Under the pieces are notes generated by a model. That model was not told the DNA's origin and did no database searches. It worked only from the letters and a program-made list of their open reading frames with translations. DNA of 64,000 nt from Nitrospirota bacterium (GTDB lineage Bacteria; Nitrospirota; UBA9217): positions 736,001 through 800,000 of the forward strand of contig CAWBNQ010000001.1 in the NCBI GenBank assembly GCA_963790205.1. The letters are read 5' to 3'. The translations under genes were made by a program, and so were the position numbers. Positions 33,031 to 42,298 of this stretch are shown piece by piece (positions within the stretch are counted from its first letter, which is position 1; the number at the start of each line of letters is the position of its first letter).

Positions 33031-34146
33031 ATGGAAAGGATAAAGGCTTGTCGTCTTGTCTGGCTTGTTATGCTGCCTCTTTTTGCTAGTTGTTCTACCG
33101 TCCCGCTTGTTAGAGTTGAGAGGCCTTGGATTCGAACATTGCAATCATCTGAGCCAATACAGCATGACGCGAAACTCAAAATCGAAGTGGAGGGATCGAC
33201 CCTGCCCCTTCTTGGAAAAGAAGAGCTTGTAGAAGACACAATCCGTAACAAGATTTCAGCTCTCCTCAAGAGACGTGGCTTTGTAATTGACGATGCGTCT
33301 TACGATTATAAAGTGCGGTTGAATTACAAATCAGAGAGAAGCGACAAACTTAAATTTTCTTCCGCTTTTGCCTCCGCTAATTTAGACCGACTCAGTGAAT
33401 CGACTTCTTCATCCGCTGCGAATGCTCTCGGTCTCGGGGTCGCTTTCGCCAGTTCGATCAGCGAGCTATCGTCTGCGCAAACCGCTGTTGCCCGGCAAGC
33501 TGTAGAGCAATCTGTATCTTATATTCACACCATTTCCATTGACATCTTCAATCGTAATGACGTTGTCGTATGGAAAGGGGATACCACGTGGGATTCACAG
33601 AACTTGAACTTTGTTAATGATATCATCCCAGCTCTTCACTTAATTTTAAGCTATCTACCAACCGACCAAGCCGTTAAACCTGAAGTCCCGGAAATTAAGA
33701 ACAGTCATGTCGTGAATTATTACATGATTGTCTGTGTAAATACTTGGTTCACGTGCCCGGCTTTGCCTTATCGGATTTATTTAAAAACCGACCCAGGACA
33801 ATTTATAACCAATTATGTGCCAAGCAACATAAAAGAACAATATGCGTTGGCAGCCTATGTTGATCTCATACAAACCGCTGAATATGCCTTGCCTGATGGC
33901 GACGAAGACGACTGGAAAAATCCGCTCGATATAAATTTATGGAATCATGTCACACTCGGCGGGCAATACCTGCTTGGGCCAAATAAAAAGCCAGTAAATG
34001 TAATAATCAAGCTTTATGGTCAAAAGGAAGGCTACTATCTTGATAGTTGTCGAGTTGTTTCTGACAATGAATATTCAGATTTTAAGCAAAAGTTATTAAA
34101 GTGGCGGAAAGCGCTGTCAGATTATGTAGATTGTTATGCTCACTAG
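33031..34146 (+). CDS. AT-rich hypothetical lipoprotein
   Basis: Uninterrupted 371-aa ORF, SD GGGAGG, lipobox-like LFASC, composition clearly more AT-rich than neighbours. Confidence 0.75.
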   Translation: MERIKACRLVWLVMLPLFASCSTVPLVRVERPWIRTLQSSEPIQHDAKLKIEVEGSTLPLLGKEELVEDTIRNKISALLKRRGFVIDDASYDYKVRLNYKSERSDKLKFSSAFASANLDRLSESTSSSAANALGLGVAFASSISELSSAQTAVARQAVEQSVSYIHTISIDIFNRNDVVVWKGDTTWDSQNLNFVNDIIPALHLILSYLPTDQAVKPEVPEIKNSHVVNYYMIVCVNTWFTCPALPYRIYLKTDPGQFITNYVPSNIKEQYALAAYVDLIQTAEYALPDGDEDDWKNPLDINLWNHVTLGGQYLLGPNKKPVNVIIKLYGQKEGYYLDSCRVVSDNEYSDFKQKLLKWRKALSDYVDCYAH

Positions 34147-34206
34147 AAATCATTATGTTGAACTGTTAGTCGTTGATATTCACGCTGTCACCCTCTGGTC
34201 TTTTTA

Positions 34207-34347
34207 AAAACCAAGACTGGCCACGAAAAGGCCGCTTTTCATTGCAAGATCGACACCATTGACCAGCAGATAGATTAGTTCGTGTCTGAGCTGTATGGCT
34301 TGACGGAGGAGGAAATAAAGGTCGTTGAGGGGAAGATGGGCGAATAG
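34207..34347 (+). pseudogene. Remnant of a type IIG restriction-modification enzyme C-terminus (copy 2)
   Basis: KTKTGHEKAAFHCKIDTIDQQID*FVSELYGLTEEEIKVVEGKMGE*. Confidence 0.75.
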
Positions 34348-34388
34348 GGGTGAGAGGACCAATAAGTCGAATAAGGGAAATAGGACTT

Positions 34389-34970
34389 ATGGAAGACAAA
34401 AGAGAAAAAAGAAATACTAAAACCTTACCGGGCCTCCTCGAGCCGCATGGCGGATATCAGAATCTGAAGTCCTATCAGATGTCGGAGATCGTCTATGACG
34501 CCGCCACGGCGTTCTGCAACCGGTTCATCGACCGCAGATCGCGCACCCACGACCAGATGGTCCAGGCGGCCCGGAGCGGCAAGCAGAACATCGCAGAGGG
34601 GAGCATGGCTTCGGGCACGTCGCGCAAGACGGAGCTGAAGCTCGTGGGCGTCGCTCGCGCGAGCCTTGAGGAGCTGCTGCTTGACTGCAAGGATTATCTT
34701 CGCCAGCACGGGCTGGCGTTATGGGGCAAGGACCATGCTACCGCGAAAGAAATAAGACAGCTGGCTTATAGGACAGATAGGTCGTATAGGACATATAGGA
34801 CCTATATTGAAGAACAAGAACCTGAAGTTGCCGCGAACACGCTGGTTTGCCTGATCCACCAGACGAACTACCTGCTTGACCAGCAGCTTCGGCAGCTTGA
34901 AGAGCGCTTTCTGAAAGAGGGCGGGTTCACGGAACGGCTTTACAAAAAACGCTCTGAGTCGAGAAAATAG
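34389..34970 (+). CDS. Four-helix-bundle protein (TIGR02436-like) with four-helix-bundle suffix domain
   Basis: HGGYQNLKSYQ, RTHDQMVQAARSGKQNIAEGS, ARASLEELLLD, NYLLDQQ...FLKEGGFTERL. Confidence 0.85.
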   Translation: MEDKREKRNTKTLPGLLEPHGGYQNLKSYQMSEIVYDAATAFCNRFIDRRSRTHDQMVQAARSGKQNIAEGSMASGTSRKTELKLVGVARASLEELLLDCKDYLRQHGLALWGKDHATAKEIRQLAYRTDRSYRTYRTYIEEQEPEVAANTLVCLIHQTNYLLDQQLRQLEERFLKEGGFTERLYKKRSESRK

Positions 34971-34989
34971 TGAAGCGGTTCCGGAATTC

Positions 34990-36292
34990 CTACGCGCTCT
35001 TTAAGTACTCGATGATCTTCTCCCGGATGGTCTTGAAGATCTGTTCGAACTTTGCTTCGTCGTTCTCGAGCAGCGTTACCCGGAATCCCTTCAGGCTGCA
35101 ATTGAACCCCGTGAGCGGCACCACGCAGATCCCCGTCGTCGCCAGGAGATAGTACACAAACCGCTTGTCGAGCGCAACATCCTTCGTTATTCTTACGACC
35201 AATTCTTTTACCGCCTTGTCCGTTACCGGCAGAGACTGCTTCCCGTTCAAAACACCCTCTTCGAACATCACGGTCATATAAAAAGCGCCGTTCGTCCTGT
35301 TGACGACGATCCCCTTGATGTCCTTCAACAGATCGTAGGCGATGTTCGAGCGCCGCTCGTATTTCTTGTTGCGCCCCTCCACGTGGGCCTTGAACCGCTT
35401 GTCGCTGAAGATCTTCGGGATCACCTTCTGCGGCAGCGTGGTGGAACAGACCTCGAGCATCTTGTCGTCGACGATGCTCTTTACGTATTTCGTGAAGACC
35501 GCGTCATGCTTCTGGTTGTACACCTCGATCCAGCCGCAGCGAGAACCGGGCCAGGGAAGCTCCTTCGAAATGCCCTTCATCGAGATGCCGCACACCTCGC
35601 CGATCACCTCGGCGAGCGGCACGGCCCTCTTTGCCGTTATAGGCCATGTTGATGTAGATCTCGTCGCAGACGATGAAAAGGTCGTACTCCCGGGCGATGG
35701 CCACGATCTCCTGGAGCACTTCTTTGGGGTAGACCGCGCCCGTGGGATTGTCGGGGTTGATGACGAGGATGCCGGAGATCGCCGGGTTGTACTTCACCTT
35801 CATCCGCAGATCGTTCAGATCGGGATACCACAGGTTGTGCGGGTCGAGGTTGTAGGAAATATACTCGGCCCCGGCGTGCGAGGCCTCGGCGGAGGAGTGC
35901 GTGCTGTAGGCCGGGCTCGGCCCGATCACGCGGTATTCCTTCTTGAGCTGGCCGTAGATCTTGCCGATGGCGTCGCCCAGGCCGTTAAAGAAGATGATGT
36001 CCTCTTTGGTGATCCTTACGTTGCCGTTGCTGTTCGCCATTTGCGACAGGAATTCCCGCGTTGCATCGAGGCCCTTGGTCGGCGAATAGGCGTAGGACAT
36101 GTCCTCCCGGTTCGCTTCGATCACGATTTCCTTGATCCAGTCGGGGATCTTTTCGCCCTTTTGGACGGGGTCGCCGATGTTCTCCCACATGATCTCGAGC
36201 CCCAGCTTGCCGAACTCCTTGGCAACGGCCACGATCTCCCGTATCTCGTATTTCAGTTCATCAGCGCCGAGCGAAACAATATTATTTCTCAT
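34990..36292 (-). CDS. Class I PLP-dependent aminotransferase (+1 frameshift near 35628)
   Basis: ENIGDP, INPDNPTG, DEIY, GISKELPWPGSRCGW, split over two ORFs. Confidence 0.87.
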
Positions 36293-36465
36293 GAGTACCT
36301 ACCCTGTCCCTGCCCGACTTCGAGCCGCCGTGAAGGGACGCCTCCTCCGTACATTCCGCTAATCCGCATATATTACTAAAAGCGCGGTCGTGAGTAAAGA
36401 TAATTATTAGTCGCGCAGCCCCTGCCGGTATGTCATAATGAGGAAGAGGAGCGATAGGAGGAGCC

Positions 36466-39165
36466 GTGCATTTTCATCAGAAAAGCGTCGAAGAAACCCT
36501 GGCGGAACTCAAATCCACGCGTTCCGGAATCACCGCCAACGAGGCGCGGGAGCGCCTGACGCGGTACGGGCCGAACGAACTCGCCGGAAAAAAGAGGAAG
36601 ACCGCTGCGGCAATGTTCCTCGATCAATTCAGGGACTTCATGATCCTGGTCCTGATCGCCGCGGCGATCGTCTCCGGCATCATCGGCGAGGCCTCCGACA
36701 CCATAGCCATCATTGTCATCCTGGTCCTGAATGCGGCGCTCGGTTTCACCCAGGAGTACCGCGCCGACAGGGCCATGGAAGCGCTTAAGAAGATGGCCGC
36801 TGTTCACGCAACGGTCCTGCGCGGCGGGAATCCCCTGGCCATCCCGGCGTCCGAGCTCGTTCCCGGGGACATCGTCCTGCTTGACGCAGGCATGGTGGTG
36901 CCGGCGGACCTGCGCGTCCAGGAGTCCGCCGGGCTCACGGTGGAGGAGGCCGCGCTCACCGGAGAATCCATGCCCGTGGAAAAAAACAGCGACCGTCTTT
37001 CCGACGAGGCGCTCCCCCTGGGCGACCGGAAGAACATGCTCTATAAGGGGACATTCGTCACCTACGGTCGCGGCCGGGGCGTCGTGACGGCAACAGGCAT
37101 GAAAACCGAATTGGGCAGGATCGCAACCATGATCCAGGCCGAGGAAGAAGTAAAGACACCGCTTCAGAAACGGCTCGCGCATTTCGGCAGACGCATCTCC
37201 CTCGTTATTCTCATCATCTGCGCCGTGGTCTTCATCATGGGGCTTCTCCGCGGTGAGCCTGTTGCGAACATCTTCCTGGTGGCCGTCAGCCTCGCCGTGG
37301 CCGCCATACCCGAGGCGCTGCCGGCTGTGGTCGTCATCGCCCTGGCGCTGGGCGCACGGAAAATGGTGAAACAGAACGCTCTTGTGCGGAAGCTGCCCGC
37401 GGTCGAGACCCTGGGCTCCGTTACGTATATCTGCACGGACAAAACCGGGACGCTTACCGTGAATAAGATGACGGTGGAGGAACTGTGGGCGGAGGGGAAG
37501 ATAGTTCGGAGTTCGGAGTTCGGAGTCGCCCCTCGCCCCATCCCTCTCCCCGAGGGGGGATTCAATTTCAATCCGCAATCGGCAATCGGCAATCCGAAAT
37601 CTCTTCTCCTGACCGCTTTCGCCCTTTCGAACGACGCCTGCAAGGACAACGCAGGCGTCTGCCTCGGCGATCCTACCGAGGCGGCCCTCTTGACCGCGGC
37701 GCTTGTAAACGGTTTTGAGAAGCAGACGCTGGAAAAAACGAATCCGCGCGTGGCGGAAGTCCCCTTTGATTCCGGACGGAAGCTGATGACAACGATACAC
37801 AGTCTGTCAGGAAACAGTCAGCAGTCGGCAGTCTCCGGAGGTAAATACGTCTCCTTCACCAAGGGCGCACTGGAGGCGCTGCTCGAGACCACCGACCAGG
37901 TGCTTACGTCGGAGGGCCCGAAGCCGATCAACAGGGACGATATTCTCGTCATCCACGATCGCATGGCAGCGGAGGGGCTGCGCGTCATGGGCATTGCGAT
38001 GCGGGTATGGGACCGCATGCCTGACGTGAAAGCCCCCGTGGTTGAAACGAACCTGACGTTTTTGGGCCTCGCGGGCATGCTGGACCCGCCGCGGGAAGAG
38101 GCGAAAAAAGCGGTCGCAGAGTGCAGGACCGCCGGGATCACTCCGGTGATGATCACCGGCGACCACCCGCTCACGGCCCGGGTCATCGCCCGCCGTGTCG
38201 GCATCCTGGAAGCGGATGATCCCGGGGCCGTCATGACCGGCAATGAGCTCGAGGCGTTGTCGCTCGATGAATTTGAGAAACGCGTTGAGTCGATTCGCGT
38301 TTATGCGCGCGTGGCGCCGGAGCAGAAGCTCAAGATCGTCCGAGCGCTCCAGGACAAGGGCCACTTCGTGGCCATGACCGGCGACGGCGTGAACGACGCT
38401 CCGGCGCTCAAGCGGGCCGACATCGGAGTTGCCATGGGAATAACGGGTACGGACGTGGCCAAGGAGGCGTCGTCCATGATCCTGTTGGACGACAATTTCG
38501 CCACGATCGTGAAAGCGGTGAGAGAAGGCCGTAAGATCTACGACAATATCCGCAAGGTGATCAAGTATCTCCTGTCGTCGAACTCGGGTGAGCTTTGGAC
38601 GCTCTGCCTTGCTCCGTTCCTCGGCCTGCCCGTCCCGCTCCAGCCGATCCACATCCTCTGGATCAACCTGGTGACCGACGGCCTGCCGGCGCTGGCGCTC
38701 TCCATGGAGCCCGGGGAACGGGACGTCATGAGCCGGCCGCCGCGCCATCCGAAGGAAAGCCTCTTCAGCCGCGGACTCGGCGGATACACGATCTGGGTCG
38801 GCCTGCTCATGGCCGTGGTCACGCTCTCGGCCCAGGCATGGGCCATCCACGTCGGGGACGCTCATTGGCAGACCATGGTGTTCACAACACTCTGTTTCCT
38901 GGAACTCGGGAACGTAATGGCCATCCGGTCCGAGCGTGAATCCCTTTTCACGCAGGGTATCCTGTCGAACAAGGTCCTGCTCATGACCGTTGTCGCAACC
39001 TTCGCACTCCAGCTCACGACCATTTATGTTCCCGCCCTGAACTCCGTCTTCAAAACAGCCCCGTTGAGCGCTGACGAGCTCGCATTGGTCATTGCCCTCT
39101 CCTCAATCGTCTTTTTTGCCGTTGAGCTGCAAAAGCTGATCAAGAGAAGGCAAAAAATCGCTTGA
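36466..39165 (+). CDS. P2A-type cation (Ca2+-like) transporting ATPase
   Basis: TGES, AIPEALP, DKTGTLT, KGA, DPPR, MITGD, TGDGVNDAP, WINLVTD. Confidence 0.93.
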   Translation: MHFHQKSVEETLAELKSTRSGITANEARERLTRYGPNELAGKKRKTAAAMFLDQFRDFMILVLIAAAIVSGIIGEASDTIAIIVILVLNAALGFTQEYRADRAMEALKKMAAVHATVLRGGNPLAIPASELVPGDIVLLDAGMVVPADLRVQESAGLTVEEAALTGESMPVEKNSDRLSDEALPLGDRKNMLYKGTFVTYGRGRGVVTATGMKTELGRIATMIQAEEEVKTPLQKRLAHFGRRISLVILIICAVVFIMGLLRGEPVANIFLVAVSLAVAAIPEALPAVVVIALALGARKMVKQNALVRKLPAVETLGSVTYICTDKTGTLTVNKMTVEELWAEGKIVRSSEFGVAPRPIPLPEGGFNFNPQSAIGNPKSLLLTAFALSNDACKDNAGVCLGDPTEAALLTAALVNGFEKQTLEKTNPRVAEVPFDSGRKLMTTIHSLSGNSQQSAVSGGKYVSFTKGALEALLETTDQVLTSEGPKPINRDDILVIHDRMAAEGLRVMGIAMRVWDRMPDVKAPVVETNLTFLGLAGMLDPPREEAKKAVAECRTAGITPVMITGDHPLTARVIARRVGILEADDPGAVMTGNELEALSLDEFEKRVESIRVYARVAPEQKLKIVRALQDKGHFVAMTGDGVNDAPALKRADIGVAMGITGTDVAKEASSMILLDDNFATIVKAVREGRKIYDNIRKVIKYLLSSNSGELWTLCLAPFLGLPVPLQPIHILWINLVTDGLPALALSMEPGERDVMSRPPRHPKESLFSRGLGGYTIWVGLLMAVVTLSAQAWAIHVGDAHWQTMVFTTLCFLELGNVMAIRSERESLFTQGILSNKVLLMTVVATFALQLTTIYVPALNSVFKTAPLSADELALVIALSSIVFFAVELQKLIKRRQKIA
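37503..37601 (+). repeat. In-frame heptamer tandem repeats inside the ATPase gene
   Basis: (AGTTCGG)3 and AATCCGC AATCGGC AATCGGC AATCCGA, separated by a CCCTCTCCCCGAGGGGG hairpin-like segment. Confidence 0.8.
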
Positions 39166-39190
39166 CTTCTCGCGTACGGGGTATCATAAT
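39162..39190 (+). promoter_or_regulatory. sigma70-type promoter for the yeiH-like operon
   Basis: TTGACT-N17-CATAAT. Confidence 0.6.
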
Positions 39191-39424
39191 TTGTTGAAAT
39201 TTCAAGAAATCAGTAGGAGGGAGATATTCGCCAGCCTTGATATGCCCATCGTCGCACTTGAGAGAGGACATCATGGAATGACCTGATCTTGCGCCCGTAC
39301 CGACCCTGTCACGAGGAGGTGATGAGAGTGACGGATCCGCCGTTTGCCTGAAGTGTTTTTCAGCATGGAACAGGGATAATGGTTACCTGATGAAATGCTT
39401 TACCTTAGGAGAAGGAGGAAGGCT

Positions 39425-40846
39425 ATGTCGGAAGAGCAAGGAAAATCCTCAAAGAAATTCCGTGAAACAAAGGAAAGCGCCGTGGAAGCGCCGCCAAAAT
39501 CCGCGCTGGGGTGGAAGGAGCTTTATTTAAAAGAGGATTGGTGGGCAATATACCTCGGAATCGGGATCGTGCTCATCTCGCTGGTCGCTTTTCTGAATGG
39601 AAGCGCCGTCGTGAAGTCGCTCGCCATAAATCCCGGAGGATTAAAGTGGTCGTCCTTCGGCCAGTTGATGGACCACTTCCGCAGTAACATCCACTTGTAC
39701 GCCCTGCAATTGATTTCCTGGCTCGTCATCTTCGGCGTTTCCACAAGGATCATGGGCATCCAGACCTCGAAGTTTATTCCATCCTTCATCATCCTGTACG
39801 TGCTGTCCATCGTCATGTTCTCGATCGGCGGGTGGGTGGACGCGCCGAAATATAACCTGGAGCCGCCGCTGGTCGCGCTCATCGTCGGGCTCGTGATCGC
39901 AAACGTCGTCCCCCTTCCCAAGTGGATGGATGCGGGGTTCCGGGTGGAGTACTACATCAAGACCGGGATCGTGCTGCTTGGGGCGACGTTCCCCATCGCA
40001 TTGGTCGCCTCGGCGGGACCGGTCGCCCTGCTCCAGGCCACGATAATCTCCCTGACGACCTGCCTCACCATCTATTTTGTCGCCACGAAGGTGTTCGGTC
40101 TCGACAAGCGGCTTGCCTCCGTCATCGGCGTGGGAGGCGCGGTCTGCGGCGTTTCCGCGTCCATGGCCATCGCAAGCTCGGTCAAGGCGAAAAAGGAAGA
40201 CCTCTATACGTCAGTAACGCTCGTGGTGGTATGGGCCTTGATCATGATCTTCTTCATTCCCTTCGCGTCAAAGGCCCTTAAGCTGAGTCCGGGCGACGCG
40301 GGCGCGTGGGTGGGGACCTCGGAGTTCGCCGACGCGGCAGGCTTCGCCGCCGCGAGCGCCTATGGCCGCATGGCCGGCAATGAGAACGCCGCCATCCAGG
40401 GATTCACCCTCATGAAGGTCATCGGCAGGGACATGTGGATCGGCATCTGGTCGTTCGTCTTCGCGCTTATCGCCTGCCTGAAATGGGAAAAGGAGGAATG
40501 CGGCGTAAAGCCCAGCGCCATGGAAATCTGGTGGAGGTTCCCGAAATTCGTCATCGGGTTCTTCGTGGCCTCGTTTTTCATGACCACGATAACCGCCGGC
40601 TACTCCGCCGCGGACTTCAACACGCTCGTAAAACCGGGCCTGCTTTTGCCGATCGTTTCCCTCAGGTCGTGGGCGTTCATCTTCTGCTTCCTCAGCATAG
40701 GGCTTACGACCCGGTTTAAGGACCTGAAGGCCGCCGGCTGGAAACCCTTCGGCGCGTTTACGATCGGGGTGGCAATCAATGTGGTGCTCGGGTTCGTCCT
40801 GTCGGTTTTTGTATTCGGCGGCTACTGGTCGAATCTCGGCAAGTAG
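39425..40846 (+). CDS. YeiH/UPF0324 putative sulfate exporter family transporter
   Basis: Multi-TM; EYYIKTGIVLLG, AVCGVSASMA, AWVGTSE, FPKFVIGF, IGLTTRF. Confidence 0.85.
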   Translation: MSEEQGKSSKKFRETKESAVEAPPKSALGWKELYLKEDWWAIYLGIGIVLISLVAFLNGSAVVKSLAINPGGLKWSSFGQLMDHFRSNIHLYALQLISWLVIFGVSTRIMGIQTSKFIPSFIILYVLSIVMFSIGGWVDAPKYNLEPPLVALIVGLVIANVVPLPKWMDAGFRVEYYIKTGIVLLGATFPIALVASAGPVALLQATIISLTTCLTIYFVATKVFGLDKRLASVIGVGGAVCGVSASMAIASSVKAKKEDLYTSVTLVVVWALIMIFFIPFASKALKLSPGDAGAWVGTSEFADAAGFAAASAYGRMAGNENAAIQGFTLMKVIGRDMWIGIWSFVFALIACLKWEKEECGVKPSAMEIWWRFPKFVIGFFVASFFMTTITAGYSAADFNTLVKPGLLLPIVSLRSWAFIFCFLSIGLTTRFKDLKAAGWKPFGAFTIGVAINVVLGFVLSVFVFGGYWSNLGK

Positions 40847-40886
40847 CGTTCGCAGAGGGGGGACCGACGCGCGTCAGGAGGCGACC

Positions 40887-41198
40887 ATGCATGGCCGATG
40901 TATCAGCTGCAGATTCTTCGCAAACGATCCCGCGCTGATCGAGGAGACCTTTCCCGGGTTGAATTCGCTCAGTTCAGCCTATGCCTCCGTCCGGTCCGAC
41001 GCGGGGATATGCAACAGGCACGGATTGTTTCTTTCCTCCTGGCAACGATGCGGGGATTTTGAGCCCGGCGATAACGACGGAAGGGGTTCACTTCTTCCCG
41101 TGGAGAAGAAGCACATCGGGTGGAGCCTCACTCTTGGGGTCGTCCTGCTGGGCATCTTGGCGTGGATAAGCTACACATTCTTCCCGGCAGGGCATTAA
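40887..41198 (+). CDS. Small four-Cys protein with a C-terminal TM helix
   Basis: SD AGGAGG; CISCRFF...GIC...WQRCGDF; hydrophobic tail. Confidence 0.65.
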   Translation: MHGRCISCRFFANDPALIEETFPGLNSLSSAYASVRSDAGICNRHGLFLSSWQRCGDFEPGDNDGRGSLLPVEKKHIGWSLTLGVVLLGILAWISYTFFPAGH

Positions 41199-41216
41199 CG
41201 CGCAATAACGTATCCG

Positions 41217-41251
41217 AGGGCGGCAGGCGCATACCCTGCCGCCCTTTTTTT
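41217..41251 (+). terminator. Intrinsic terminator
   Basis: AGGGCGGCAGG-loop-CCTGCCGCCCT followed by a T tract. Confidence 0.85.
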
Positions 41252-41388
41252 GACGCACTCATAAAAAAAATTTTCAGCCCGGCTGAGGACGCAGAGATTA
41301 CAGAAAAAAGAAATTTCTATTTTGTATCCTGCCTCTGTCAGCGGTACATTTGCTTTTTACGGCTTTATCTTTTTGAAAGGCGGGTATT

Positions 41389-42102
41389 TTGGATTTAAGC
41401 GCATTAGGAACGGCCAGCTTCGACTGGACATTCATATCGGGTATATTCAGCATCGTCATCATCGACCTCATTCTGGCAGGCGACAACGCCGTGGTGATCG
41501 CCATGGCCGTGCGGTCGCTTCCGAAAGTACAACGGAGAAAAGGGATCGTCTTCGGCTCTGCAGCGGCCGTGCTGCTGCGCATCATTCTCACCTTCTTTGT
41601 CGCGCATATATTGAACATGAGCTACGTCAAGCTTGCAGGCGGCCTCGTTATCATCTGGATCGCGGTCAAGCTCTTTGTCGAAGATGAGGAAGCGCTGGAG
41701 GCGCATAAAGAAGCCGCAACGCTCTGGCACGCGATCAGGTTGATCGTCATCGCGGACATCACGATGGCCCTCGACAACATGCTGGCCGTGGGAGCGGCGT
41801 CGCACGGCAACCTGTTCCTGCTCGTTTTCGGACTGGGCTTGAGCATTCCCTTCATCGTGTTCACGAGCAGTCTCTTGTCCCTGCTCATGGACAAATTCCC
41901 CGTCATCATCTACGTCGGCGCGGCGCTCTTGGGCAAGATCGGCGGCGAAATGATCATCACCGATCCTGTGGTCAGCCGCTTCATGACGCTGACGAAGCCG
42001 GTTATGTATTCGGTCGAGGTCCTTTTTGCCGCCGGTGTTATCCTTGTCGGGAGGTACTGGATGAAGCGGGATCTGGCGAGACAGGCGCAGGTTAAACCAT
42101 GA
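41389..42102 (+). CDS. TerC-family (YjbE-like) membrane protein
   Basis: IDLILAGDNAVVIAMA, IVIADITMALDNMLAV. Confidence 0.9.
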   Translation: MDLSALGTASFDWTFISGIFSIVIIDLILAGDNAVVIAMAVRSLPKVQRRKGIVFGSAAAVLLRIILTFFVAHILNMSYVKLAGGLVIIWIAVKLFVEDEEALEAHKEAATLWHAIRLIVIADITMALDNMLAVGAASHGNLFLLVFGLGLSIPFIVFTSSLLSLLMDKFPVIIYVGAALLGKIGGEMIITDPVVSRFMTLTKPVMYSVEVLFAAGVILVGRYWMKRDLARQAQVKP

Positions 42103-42298
42103 TGGTCTCGTGGAGAATCCCCGGCGCTGTCATTGCGAGGAGCGGAGCGACGCGGCATAATTTTTTGTCGGTCGTTACCCATGTCAAAATCTTCGTGCGC
42201 TTTGTCGTGTAAGGAATTTTGGTTCCGGCCCTCCCGGTTTGTCCGGGTCATGATAATTCGGTTACAGACGCGGCAACAGAACCATCCCGGAGGATTCC

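Noticed and set aside
34389..34970. Four-helix-bundle gene as evidence of a DGR or rRNA intervening sequence
   Set aside because: No RT, TR/VR pair or rRNA gene nearby.
41260..41388. yybP-ykoY Mn riboswitch expected upstream of a TerC gene (or the P-type ATPase)
   Set aside because: No GGGGAGUA-type core seen; the region holds a degenerate GCAGAG/CTCTG repeat instead.
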